Virus record (IMG/VR): IMGVR_UViG_3300030107_003216
Location: 62,001-92,582 of that record
Origin: an uncultured virus (IMG/VR IMGVR_UViG_3300030107_003216)
Taxonomy: Duplodnaviria; Heunggongvirae; Uroviricota; Caudoviricetes
Direction: 5' to 3' (one strand)
DNA length: 30,582 nt
Positions 1 through 8,761 of this stretch are shown here, in pieces. Positions within the stretch are counted from its first letter, which is position 1, and every line of letters starts with the position of its first letter. A program made the translations under genes and the position numbers. The notes under the pieces are model-generated. The model was not told where the DNA came from. It did no database searches and saw only the letters and a list, made by a program, of their open reading frames with translations.

Positions 1-397
1 CATTTACAGGATAGGAGGCTACATCTAAATAGTGAACAATTTGCTCTTTAGCATCCTCCATCTGCTGATTAAATTCTTGAATAGACATTTTACCTAATGA
101 ATCCATAATTCTATGACAAATTGCTTGAGCCAAAATACAAGCGGTAGTGGTTCCATCTCCACTACCTTCTTGTGCTTTACTTGCTAAGTTTTGTACTAAC
201 TGAATTCCCATTTGAACATAAGCATCTTCATGTGAAATATACTTAGTAATTGTAACTCCGTCATTAATTACAACAGGAGGATTACCTTGTAAAATTACAG
301 TCTTTGCTTGCGGCCCTAATGTTGGTTTAACTGTATTAGCAACCAAATCAATTCCTTGCAATAACTTCTGCTTTACTTCTTCTCCATTGATAATCAT
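1..397 (-). CDS. groEL: Group I chaperonin GroEL-like, 5' part (runs off the window)
   Basis: Manual translation from ATG at 397 gives MIINGEEVKQKLLQGIDLVANTVKPTLGP...INDGVTIT...GSGDGTTTACILAQ, with the TLGP, NDGVTI and GDGTTT motifs. The start overlaps the groES stop (ATGA). Confidence 0.93.
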   Translation of the reverse strand, partial: MIINGEEVKQKLLQGIDLVANTVKPTLGPQAKTVILQGNPPVVINDGVTITKYISHEDAYVQMGIQLVQNLASKAQEGSGDGTTTACILAQAICHRIMDSLGKMSIQEFNQQMEDAKEQIVHYLDVASYPVN

Positions 398-627
398 TCT
401 GAATCACCTTCAACTACAATTGCAAATACATTATCATAAGGCACAAACATATGTTGTCCTTGGCTTTTGTAAATATGGCTATCATCATATACTACTCGAC
501 AACCAACCAAAGTCTTGTCCTTTACACAAGATACAACTAATCCTATGTTGTTATGTTTAATTTTAATTCCACTTTCAGTGGTGTTCTCTTCTGTTTTAAT
601 AATTACATAATCTCCTACTGCTATCAT
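394..627 (-). CDS. groES: Co-chaperonin GroES-like
   Basis: GDYVIIK..EENTTESGI..GLVVS..VG.RVVY..DNVFAIV matches the Cpn10 pattern; directly upstream of groEL. Confidence 0.8.
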   Translation of the reverse strand: MIAVGDYVIIKTEENTTESGIKIKHNNIGLVVSCVKDKTLVGCRVVYDDSHIYKSQGQHMFVPYDNVFAIVVEGDSE

Positions 628-962
628 TTCTTTTCACCTCTATATTCTTCGGGTACGCCGCTTCCTAAGAAACCACCTTTTTCTCTCACCATTGCTAAGA
701 AAGCAGAATTAAACTTATTCTTTCTCGCTATTTGGCAACATACTCTAATCTTATCTGTTGAATGAAGATTCCAAAACTCTCCATTCTCCCAACCAAACTT
801 ATGTTCAATATATTGGCATAATTGTTTTCTTGACATCTTTTCAAAATCCTCATCAATTTCTATTCCAAGAATAGGGCCACCTTCATTCTTTAGAAATGAA
901 TCGAGAATAACATAAACTCGACCCATACCGTTGATTGTTTTTCTAAGCAACCACTGAATCAT
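624..962 (-). CDS. Hypothetical protein
   Basis: ORF coupled to both neighbours by ATGA overlaps. Confidence 0.7.
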   Translation of the reverse strand: MIQWLLRKTINGMGRVYVILDSFLKNEGGPILGIEIDEDFEKMSRKQLCQYIEHKFGWENGEFWNLHSTDKIRVCCQIARKNKFNSAFLAMVREKGGFLGSGVPEEYRGEKK

Positions 963-1150
963 TTCTTACCACCCTTTTTCTTTTTACCATTAAAAACCCA
1001 TTTGTTTGGGTTTGGAATGTTTTTATCATTAGGATGGTTAAGTGCATGTTGTTTCTTTCTTTCAAGAACAGTCATAGTTAAATTATAACTTGCTCTTTCG
1101 GGATATTTTCTTGCAGTTGATTGTCCTTTCTTTAATGTTCTAAATCTCAT
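959..1150 (-). CDS. Small basic hypothetical protein
   Basis: ORF with ATGA overlaps on both sides. Confidence 0.65.
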   Translation of the reverse strand: MRFRTLKKGQSTARKYPERASYNLTMTVLERKKQHALNHPNDKNIPNPNKWVFNGKKKKGGKK

Positions 1151-1404
1151 TCTTCTTCGCCTCCTTTAATAATCTCATATCGAAAACCTCCCCATGCACC
1201 CTTATCTTTGACCTTAATCCAATTAGGTTTATACTCTTCAGCAAACCAACGCTTACCTGTGATTGTTCCGTATGGTGTCTTAACAGGTTGTGTAGTACTA
1301 TTGAGTCGAGCCTTCTTACCTTGCGTTTTCAACATCTCAACATCTTGTTCAGCGAACTCTTTAGTTTCCCATTCACTGTATGCTCTCATCCAACAGCCAC
1401 TCAT
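1147..1404 (-). CDS. Hypothetical protein
   Basis: ORF with ATGA overlaps on both sides. Confidence 0.65.
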   Translation of the reverse strand: MSGCWMRAYSEWETKEFAEQDVEMLKTQGKKARLNSTTQPVKTPYGTITGKRWFAEEYKPNWIKVKDKGAWGGFRYEIIKGGEEE

Positions 1405-1934
1405 TCCTCTTCATCTCCCCATTCTTGTACTCTTTCTGGTTCAAAGTCACGATAAATTTGTAATTGTTTTGGGTTTGTATTCTCCCAAAATCCATAATGA
1501 CCTACTCCGCCTAAAACAAAAGCAGTTTCCATTAATGGTTCCCAAATACTAACTGTTCTAATATCTGTTCCACTAAAATACGCACTGCCAAATGGATGAG
1601 TATGAATCCATGTCTTAATAGGTAATTTCATACCAACAGGGTCAATCTTGAAATCAACATAACCCGAAGTACCGGATGAAATAAATATCTTATCTTCTGA
1701 ATCAATAACAACTTGTACCTCTAATTTAGGTAGTATTTCTGTGGAAGCATGCCAAATACCTATCATTAATTCATCATTATGCCATGCGTCATTCTCATAT
1801 CCATTTCTAATGAAATATTCTGCTTCTGCTCTTGCTATTTCTAAATCTGCAAGGTATTTATCATACCCATCATCACCATTTCTTTTTTCTTCTTCTCTCA
1901 TAGCCCAATCACTGCTCTTGCTCATTATCGTCAC
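1401..1934 (-). CDS. JAB/JAMM (MPN+) metalloprotease, Ubl-processing or deubiquitinase-like; true start probably ATG 1925
   Basis: JAMM motif E..(LEVQV)...WIHTHPFGSAYFSGTD, i.e. HxHx7SxxD. Confidence 0.9.
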   Translation of the reverse strand: MTIMSKSSDWAMREEEKRNGDDGYDKYLADLEIARAEAEYFIRNGYENDAWHNDELMIGIWHASTEILPKLEVQVVIDSEDKIFISSGTSGYVDFKIDPVGMKLPIKTWIHTHPFGSAYFSGTDIRTVSIWEPLMETAFVLGGVGHYGFWENTNPKQLQIYRDFEPERVQEWGDEEE

Positions 1935-2580
1935 CTCTTAAATTTTTGAGTACCGATTGAGTTAGTTTCTCAATCTTTGCTTGTAGTTTGCGTATTTTAC
2001 TCACTTTACGCTTGACTCTCCACGATTCTTCAGTTAATGCGGCCAAGTGTAACTTCTTGACTCTAATCGTGTCTGTGGCCTTCATAACCTGCATAATATG
2101 TTCGGGTTCTGTGCTATCAACAAGGTATTCTAAACGACTTGCGATTTGCCCGTAACTTCGACCATATCGTGCTTTTGCTTCATCTATGCTTAATTCATAG
2201 AAATGGATTAACAAATCCAAATCCTTTTCAGAATCCCAAAAATCATCTGAATTAGATAAAGGCGTTACAAATACTGATTCGTTATTTGCCATGTATTCAC
2301 CTATTTCTTTTGCAAATTGCTCATAGGATGAAAAAGTACCTGTTGGGAAATCTTCTTCAATGCCAAGATAATGAGCAGTTTCTTCTTGAACCTCCACACT
2401 ATTACCAATTTCAGCGATTTCTTCAATTATTCGCTTATCTATTTTCTTAACTCTGTTTTTACATGCTGGAATGCTTCTCTGTAATTCTCTTGAAATGTCC
2501 TCCCAAGATACTTCATCATTCACATATTCCAACAATTGTGTTTCTTCTTCTTTACTCCATCTGCATGTCTTGTAATTCAT
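1909..2580 (-). CDS. Myb/SANT-like HTH repeat protein
   Basis: RWSKEEETQLL...SWEDISRELQRSIPACKNR and a second repeat FWDSEKDLDLL...YGRSYGQIASRL. Confidence 0.75.
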   Translation of the reverse strand: MNYKTCRWSKEEETQLLEYVNDEVSWEDISRELQRSIPACKNRVKKIDKRIIEEIAEIGNSVEVQEETAHYLGIEEDFPTGTFSSYEQFAKEIGEYMANNESVFVTPLSNSDDFWDSEKDLDLLIHFYELSIDEAKARYGRSYGQIASRLEYLVDSTEPEHIMQVMKATDTIRVKKLHLAALTEESWRVKRKVSKIRKLQAKIEKLTQSVLKNLRGDDNEQEQ

Positions 2581-2793
2581 TTACGCCACCATCTCTTCAT
2601 TTGTTTCTTGTTTGAATTCCCAATTATGGAAATACTCATGTCTGGCCAGAAACCCGCCAGCCTCATTCATTGGGCCAATATATTCTGCTGAACATATCGA
2701 ACACCAAACGGCTACTATTTTCTCATTCCAAATACAACCGTTCTTATCCTCATATTCGAGAATTTCTCCCACATTGTCTAAACTAAATTTCAT
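2581..2793 (-). CDS. C2H2-type Zn-finger microprotein
   Basis: CSIC...HEYFH; coupled to neighbouring genes. Confidence 0.7.
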   Translation of the reverse strand: MKFSLDNVGEILEYEDKNGCIWNEKIVAVWCSICSAEYIGPMNEAGGFLARHEYFHNWEFKQETNEEMVA

Positions 2794-3347
2794 GCGTTCA
2801 TCACCATGTATTCTTTTACATCTTCGCCATTAAACCATCTTTGCACCCATTGTGCGCCAATTCCTGCAATAGCGATTTGCATAAATTGTACTCCTTTATT
2901 TGTTCCATCCCAAGAATCTCCTTGACAAGAGAATGAACCGGATGGGCCAGCCAATAAGGTATCATACATCTTAGGGTCTGCTTTATGTGACACAAGCGCA
3001 GCATTTCTGCCTTGCGCTCTCAAATCGAGCCATTTAAGACTTGTGTTATACAAGGTCTTTCTGATGCCTAAATTATCCACACAACAGATAATCAAATCAT
3101 ATCCTTTCATTTGTTGTTCACTAAGAATAGGAAATCGGTGCGTGTTTAATACGCTATCATATCTTGCAATAGCATCCACTTTCTTTTTAGATATTTCTGA
3201 CTTTGTGAAGTTCTGATATGGTATATTCTTTGCTTCAACAATGTCGGGGTCTGCTACTGTGATAGCATACATATCCACCTTATCTAAGAATTGAATCAAG
3301 AATGACCCAATTCCGCCTGTTCCTATAACTAATACTGTTCTTTTCAT
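2790..3347 (-). CDS. ThiF/E1-like ubiquitin-like protein activating enzyme (minimal adenylation domain)
   Basis: VLVIGTGGIGS, ADPDIVEAKNIPYQNF, KKKV, DLIICCVDN..IR; candidate catalytic Cys in SFSCQ. Confidence 0.92.
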   Translation of the reverse strand: MKRTVLVIGTGGIGSFLIQFLDKVDMYAITVADPDIVEAKNIPYQNFTKSEISKKKVDAIARYDSVLNTHRFPILSEQQMKGYDLIICCVDNLGIRKTLYNTSLKWLDLRAQGRNAALVSHKADPKMYDTLLAGPSGSFSCQGDSWDGTNKGVQFMQIAIAGIGAQWVQRWFNGEDVKEYMVMNA

Positions 3348-3349
3348 TT

Positions 3350-3577
3350 TTATTCCTCCTTCTTTCCATAATGCTTTTCTCTAATCGCATCGTATTTTCT
3401 TCTATACTTGATATGTGCATGTTTGTAAAGCACAACTTCAAGCCCACCGTTACTAACAGGGATTAATACTACACATTCACGGCAAGCCGGTAGTCCTGTC
3501 TTATCGCAATCAGTTACGCTTGTATTGCTACAAACAGTACATCTTGCTCTTTTACTTTCCATATTATCTAAATTCAT
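3350..3577 (-). CDS. Cys-rich Zn-finger microprotein
   Basis: CTVC...C.....ACREC. Confidence 0.65.
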   Translation of the reverse strand: MNLDNMESKRARCTVCSNTSVTDCDKTGLPACRECVVLIPVSNGGLEVVLYKHAHIKYRRKYDAIREKHYGKKEE

Positions 3578-3579
3578 TT

Positions 3580-4458
3580 TTATTCCCCTATAAAATTAAT
3601 ATCCTTTCCTTTCATTTCCTTTACTGTATCAAAACCAAGAAGGGATATAATCTTCTTAGTTTCTTTGTGGATATTCCATCTTCTGAACCCTGTTTTTTCA
3701 GAAATCAAAACCGAAGTAATATCATTTCTAACAAAGACATTTGCAGTTATCCAACAAACTGCCGCAAAATAACTCTGCGCTCTATTATGTTCTGCTCTAT
3801 TCAGAACAGGTTCTATTCTTTCTAAGACCTGTCTTGCTTGGAGATAAAACACATTGTCATCAGTAATTAGATTCAATACTCTTTGAAGGCTAAAAGAAGG
3901 ATTAGTTTGCTTTAGGATTCTATTACCATAATGCTGGTTAATCTTTCTTGTTAATCTCATTACTCTTGTTTTATTACAATCAAACTCGGAACATATCTCC
4001 TTGAAAGTATATGGTGTACCATTTTCTTTCAAAGCATAATGCACGATGGCGGCCCCTCGTTCTTCATAAGAATAGTTAGCCATTTTCTTTGCTGTATATA
4101 ATTCAAGATATATCTTCTCGACTCTTTCACCCAAATTCATTTGGGGTGCAATAGCGGCTAATGTCATATTACAGTGCATTAGCCCATTTTGCACATTCTT
4201 AGGAGTAACACTGTTCTTGCCAAACTTATTGAATTTAGAAGAACCTTTACCGCTAATTACTGAGCCTAATTTACCATTATCTGCTGAATGCACAACATCT
4301 CCTGTTTTATTCAAAATATGAACATTCTGTTCAAAGATTTCCTGTACTAAAACAAGTCCACAATCGTTGCAGATTCTTTCTCCCATTCTTTCATCAAAAT
4401 AATTCTCTGTTGCACCGCATTCATTACATTTCATTAAAATCAACTCTTTCATTGTCAT
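3580..4458 (-). CDS. tfb: Archaeal-type transcription initiation factor B (TFB/TFIIB) homologue
   Basis: N-terminal Zn ribbon CNECG...GERICNDCGLVL, a GKLGSVI linker and two cyclin-like repeats (AAIVHYA; AAVCWIT). Confidence 0.88.
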   Translation of the reverse strand: MTMKELILMKCNECGATENYFDERMGERICNDCGLVLVQEIFEQNVHILNKTGDVVHSADNGKLGSVISGKGSSKFNKFGKNSVTPKNVQNGLMHCNMTLAAIAPQMNLGERVEKIYLELYTAKKMANYSYEERGAAIVHYALKENGTPYTFKEICSEFDCNKTRVMRLTRKINQHYGNRILKQTNPSFSLQRVLNLITDDNVFYLQARQVLERIEPVLNRAEHNRAQSYFAAVCWITANVFVRNDITSVLISEKTGFRRWNIHKETKKIISLLGFDTVKEMKGKDINFIGE

Positions 4459-5662
4459 TTGGTTTTTTAATTAGGTATCTTCTTATTGTTGATACTATTT
4501 TTATTGTAAAAGTGTCATTAAGCAAGGCTAATGCTCTTGCCGCAAATTGGTCGCCTAATGGCGAATCTGAAGTCATATTATCTATACAAATCGGCCCTCT
4601 CCACTGCCAAGAGTTTTTAGGCATCTTTGGTGGAATCTCCCATTCTGACGAGTCTTTTATGGCTAATTCTGCCTCATATTCTGCTAATTCTTCTCGATAT
4701 TTAACCATCATCTCAGCGAATTCACCATCTCTATATTGAGGTTGTCGAACATAAGTCTTTACCATTTGAATTTGGGATTTGTATTTATCATTCGTTAGCA
4801 TCCAATCATATTCCTTTCCATGAACATAAATCTTTTCTAATTCGCCTTTCTCATAAACGGCTTTTAGTCGAGAACCATGTTGTAATAGCAAATCATTCAC
4901 TAATTGAATTGCTCTCTTTTCAACAAGGTCTGAAGTTCGGTTTTGTTTCAAAAACTCAATCATTAGAGTCAATTCTGAATCTGAAGGTTTTCTGCCAACG
5001 GTTCTCTCAAAAAGATTAGCAGGAGAAATGTACTTCCATCTGCTTTTCTTATGTCCTTGAACATAAAAAGAACAATAGGATTCTAACTCCTTATTTTTAA
5101 TTACTCCCCATGTACCGTCACTAACTTCAACTGCACATTCTTTAGCACTAATTTGTTGAATATTTAGACGACATTCAATCTTCTCAAAGTTATCAAAGAA
5201 ATGATAAGGCGCACGATTCTCTAAACAATACTTGATATTTTCAGATAGGGAAAGACTACTCATCAAAGTTTTCATTAGCACAGGGGCTTCTTTCTCAAAA
5301 CAAGATTTGAATGTAACTCTTGCTAAGGCATTACAAATGGTATTTAGGCTCTCAGCCTTTCCATTAATATAGTATCTAATACCTTCTTTAGAAACAATGA
5401 TAGGTAATTTTTGAATATAGATTGTATGTTCATATTCATTACTTTCTCCATAGTGATTGTAATATCCTCGGTGCTTTCTAACTGCTAATTCCTTTTTCCA
5501 CCAATTAACAAGCCCTGCATGAACAGGGTCTTTTTTGTTTCTAATGAAGTAACAATGATTGTTACTGAATCGTTTAGTTTCGCTTTTGATTTTGGTTTGG
5601 GAATATTGACCTGCATCATTTGGTTTTTGTACTTGTAAAATTATTTCTGTCATTATCATCAC
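4424..5662 (-). CDS. Hypothetical protein with a C-terminal Cys motif GPICID (possible divergent E2-like domain)
   Basis: 412-aa ORF; WRGPICIDNM resembles the E2 active-site GxICLD. The CDS is solid but the function is speculative. Confidence 0.6.
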   Translation of the reverse strand: MMIMTEIILQVQKPNDAGQYSQTKIKSETKRFSNNHCYFIRNKKDPVHAGLVNWWKKELAVRKHRGYYNHYGESNEYEHTIYIQKLPIIVSKEGIRYYINGKAESLNTICNALARVTFKSCFEKEAPVLMKTLMSSLSLSENIKYCLENRAPYHFFDNFEKIECRLNIQQISAKECAVEVSDGTWGVIKNKELESYCSFYVQGHKKSRWKYISPANLFERTVGRKPSDSELTLMIEFLKQNRTSDLVEKRAIQLVNDLLLQHGSRLKAVYEKGELEKIYVHGKEYDWMLTNDKYKSQIQMVKTYVRQPQYRDGEFAEMMVKYREELAEYEAELAIKDSSEWEIPPKMPKNSWQWRGPICIDNMTSDSPLGDQFAARALALLNDTFTIKIVSTIRRYLIKKPNDNERVDFNEM

Positions 5663-5820
5663 ATCATATACATATTAGTATTGTCTTTATCGCACCTTTC
5701 GTGCATTTCTTTATTGATTTCTTCAGCAGTCAATAACTGCCCTCCACATACCCTACATCGGGTTGCAGTGTTCTTATTCTTTCGTTTATTCTTAATATAT
5801 TTAGGGTCTTTGTCTTTCAT
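5659..5820 (-). CDS. Zn-finger microprotein (53 aa)
   Basis: Manual translation MKDKDPKY...RCRVCGGQLL...MHERCD...; fills the gap and overlaps both neighbours. Confidence 0.65.
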   Translation of the reverse strand: MKDKDPKYIKNKRKNKNTATRCRVCGGQLLTAEEINKEMHERCDKDNTNMYMM

Positions 5821-6176
5821 TAATATTCACCACATATTTTAGTCATTTGTTCATGGATAACTTGGCACACTCCGCATTCTTCTAAATCAAAAGTCCAGCA
5901 ATCTTGCAAATTCGCATCATGGTATGCCAAAGCCTCTTTTATTCTATTAGACACAGTTATCAAATAATTATCAAATCCTTGTAATACAGCCTCTTGTATG
6001 TCCCACAAACATTCCTTAAACGAGTATGTTAATCTAAATATTTTATCTGCATCTTCATTATAAGATTCGCAAACATTTATTGCATTTTTTATTTTAATCA
6101 AAGACTCTTCTTTTAGTCCTTGACACATGATTATTATTACTCTCACACACTCTTCATAATTCTTGAAGAGTTTCAT
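5820..6176 (-). CDS. Hypothetical protein
   Basis: ORF preceded by a GGTGA Shine-Dalgarno. Confidence 0.65.
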   Translation of the reverse strand: MKLFKNYEECVRVIIIMCQGLKEESLIKIKNAINVCESYNEDADKIFRLTYSFKECLWDIQEAVLQGFDNYLITVSNRIKEALAYHDANLQDCWTFDLEECGVCQVIHEQMTKICGEY

Positions 6177-6185
6177 TTATTTCAC

Positions 6186-8078
6186 CTAAATTTCACATAG
6201 TCCACCGGCACAGGCTACTTCGCCTTTCAAATCGGTGTTGTCTTGAGTTTCAACAACTCTTGTCAAATCAACATCAGTTAATGACTTAGATAGACCGTCA
6301 TAAGTTTCCTTATCACAGGTTTCAAATGGTGCTTGAACATATGTTCCACCATCATACGGTAATACAGATAGGCCATTGTAATAATGTCTATTCATCCATA
6401 ACCAATCTCCAACATCAGCCCATTCATCTTCTTTCACAGAAATAGTCGCTGAAACATTATGAGTATTCAATCCGTCTTTATGTCCTGCACGAACCCAACG
6501 AATACTGAAATTCTTTACACGCTCTAATAAATCAAATACTGACTCATGGCGAGTAATAGCATTACTTGGTGCTTGTTGAGGAACAGAAATAACTGCCGTA
6601 TCATGTGGAGAGAAGTATTCATCTTCAATCAATTCCCCATGATTGTCATAAAGATATGAGTAAATAGGCTCATTCTTTCCAACTCTAATTCTTCTTAGAT
6701 AGAATTCATCATGCCATGCGTGAATACCACTTGAAGTACCTAATACAAGAGAAGTGGTTCCTGCTGGTTTTACACAGGTTGTTCTCGCCGCAGGTTTAAT
6801 TCCAATTAACTTAGCAACCTTTTCATTCTCCTTCTTTACTTCGAGAGCCGCCATTTCTAAGTCTAAATGCTCAACAACATTTGAAGCAATACCTGTCATA
6901 GATACACCTAATAGTGCATCTTTTTCAGTATTCTTTCTCCATATCTCTCTAAGATAATGGAAATCAGTATAACCTGCTTGCAGTGTTCCTAAGAATGCTG
7001 CCGCACTAACTCTCATTTCTAAGTCTGCTTGGTCTTTTACATCAGAAGCATTTACCTCAGTTAAATTACAAAACTGATATGGTCTTAATGCTATTTCACA
7101 ACATGGGTTTGTTCCCCAATCTTTATCATTACTGAAATAAATTCCGGGTTCTCCACTACCACTTAATTCAATTCTTTTCCACAAATCCAAAAAGAATTCT
7201 TTAGTGATTCTATGTCTTAGCAATACTGCTGAATTATTTGCACGACCTCTTTGTGGGTTATTTTCCCACCAACTGCCGGATTTACATGAAATCATTTCAT
7301 TATCATCTGCTGAAAACAAACTAATCATAGCGGCTCGTCTGATACCGCCACTTAATACTGCATCAGCAATATGACACATAATATCATGTGCTTGAATAGG
7401 AGTTAATTTAGAACCATTAGTAATGTTTTGGAGTATTCCTTGAATCTTTACTAAACATTCTCTTAGTGGTTGAGGGCCGGGTGCTTTTCCACCAGAAGTA
7501 ATTAAAAGCGCACCTTTCTCTCTAATATCTGAAAAATCAAATACAGGAGTTGATGTTCTAATTCCCATATAACATTCCATTAGTATTTTAATAGAATCAG
7601 CCCAACCTTCAATTGAATCTGCAACTAAATATCTTCGTTGTCTGTTAAGATTAGGTTGTTGAATCTCATTAACTAATTCAACATGGTGTCTTTGAACAGA
7701 ATAACCTACTCCTGTTCCGCCGAGTAAAAGGAACATAGCCTCGCTAAACGCTATGTGTGAATCTATTGGCATGTATGCACAATTATAGACACGATTAGGA
7801 CTCAATTCAATTGGCTTGCCACCAAATTGCATAGAGCGCATTGAAGGTAATACTTTCTTAGGAACAACAAAATGTTCATACACATTTCTAATATCTTGTT
7901 CTAATTGAGGATATGTCTTAATGTGCATATTCATGTTTCTATCGCAAATCTCTCTCCAAGTTTCTCTTCGTAACTTTTCAGCATCGTATTTTGCATACTT
8001 CATATGTACTGTAATATCTGATAATATCTGTATATTCTTCATCATCTTTAACACCTTAGTTTTGTTCTTTTGGGCCAT
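6186..8078 (-). CDS. nrdJ: Class II (adenosylcobalamin-dependent) ribonucleotide reductase, monomeric-type; start may be near 8043-8046
   Basis: RETW, PSMR, YNCAY, GGTGVG, GGIRRAAMI, TNPCCEI, FCNLTEVN, KPAGTTS and C-terminal CAGGLCEI. Confidence 0.95.
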   Translation of the reverse strand: MAQKNKTKVLKMMKNIQILSDITVHMKYAKYDAEKLRRETWREICDRNMNMHIKTYPQLEQDIRNVYEHFVVPKKVLPSMRSMQFGGKPIELSPNRVYNCAYMPIDSHIAFSEAMFLLLGGTGVGYSVQRHHVELVNEIQQPNLNRQRRYLVADSIEGWADSIKILMECYMGIRTSTPVFDFSDIREKGALLITSGGKAPGPQPLRECLVKIQGILQNITNGSKLTPIQAHDIMCHIADAVLSGGIRRAAMISLFSADDNEMISCKSGSWWENNPQRGRANNSAVLLRHRITKEFFLDLWKRIELSGSGEPGIYFSNDKDWGTNPCCEIALRPYQFCNLTEVNASDVKDQADLEMRVSAAAFLGTLQAGYTDFHYLREIWRKNTEKDALLGVSMTGIASNVVEHLDLEMAALEVKKENEKVAKLIGIKPAARTTCVKPAGTTSLVLGTSSGIHAWHDEFYLRRIRVGKNEPIYSYLYDNHGELIEDEYFSPHDTAVISVPQQAPSNAITRHESVFDLLERVKNFSIRWVRAGHKDGLNTHNVSATISVKEDEWADVGDWLWMNRHYYNGLSVLPYDGGTYVQAPFETCDKETYDGLSKSLTDVDLTRVVETQDNTDLKGEVACAGGLCEI

Positions 8079-8434
8079 TTATCTAATGTGGTGAAGGAAT
8101 GTAACCAATCCAATCCTGTTTTTGTCACCACCCATTCTTTCTCTTCAAGAAATAGCCAATCTTGAAAATCATCTAATGCTTTAGTACCATGTTTATCAAG
8201 TAATTCCTGTGTTGAGGAATACTCTTCATCACGGTATTTTATGCGAGTATCACCACACGCATAAATATATCCCTTTTTGCTTCTCGCAATTACATAATTA
8301 TTGGGATAAAAGTCGGGTTTTACAACGGCTACGCCATCTATTAATATAGGCGTAACGAGCGACCAACCCTTAATTTCGCTCAAATATATTTTAAGTCCAT
8401 CTTCAGCAATAAAATTAACTAAATCAGTTATCAT
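8048..8434 (-). CDS. Hypothetical protein (start taken at MITDLVNF)
   Basis: ORF track 8048..8467; the upstream extension lies inside a terminator hairpin. Confidence 0.65.
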   Translation of the reverse strand: MITDLVNFIAEDGLKIYLSEIKGWSLVTPILIDGVAVVKPDFYPNNYVIARSKKGYIYACGDTRIKYRDEEYSSTQELLDKHGTKALDDFQDWLFLEEKEWVVTKTGLDWLHSFTTLDKWPKRTKLRC

Positions 8435-8439
8435 CACTG

Positions 8440-8494
8440 AAAAAAGGGGAGAGCGACTTTGCCACAATGAGCGTAAGGCAAAATCACTCCCCCC
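8440..8494 (-). terminator. 18-bp hairpin plus U-tract downstream of the Ubl gene
   Basis: Minus strand GGGGGGAGTGATTTTGCC-13nt-GGCAAAGTCGCTCTCCCC-TTTTTT; the G-U pairs fit only the minus-strand RNA. Confidence 0.8.
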
Positions 8495-8521
8495 AAAAGG
8501 GTGAAAATAGGCTTAACCTAT

Positions 8522-8737
8522 CTAACAAGAACCTCCAACAACAGCAGGGGTTAGGTCGACATTTTGTACCGTGTCCCAATTAATGTTGGCAATATCTTCT
8601 CTCGCAACCATTTCACCATCAATGAAGCACCAATGGGTCGGGTGTGAGTCAATCTGTTCGATGATTGAGTTGGACTCAAGCATCAATTCTGTGTGGCCTG
8701 TTTCGTTTAGAATTCTAATTTTAATCATAGTTTCCAT
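8522..8737 (-). CDS. Ubiquitin-like (beta-grasp, SAMP/ThiS/MoaD-like) protein with C-terminal GG plus a 2-aa extension
   Basis: 71 aa; IKIRI start, FIDGEMV, VDLTPAVVGG-SC end. Confidence 0.85.
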   Translation of the reverse strand: METMIKIRILNETGHTELMLESNSIIEQIDSHPTHWCFIDGEMVAREDIANINWDTVQNVDLTPAVVGGSC

Positions 8738-8761
8738 CTCCGTATTTTCCTATATTTTTCA

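Noticed and set aside
2790..3347. ThiF/MoeB as part of thiamine or molybdopterin biosynthesis
   Set aside because: No ThiG, MoaE or other pathway genes are in the window and the context is viral; sulfur relay with host partners is not fully excluded.
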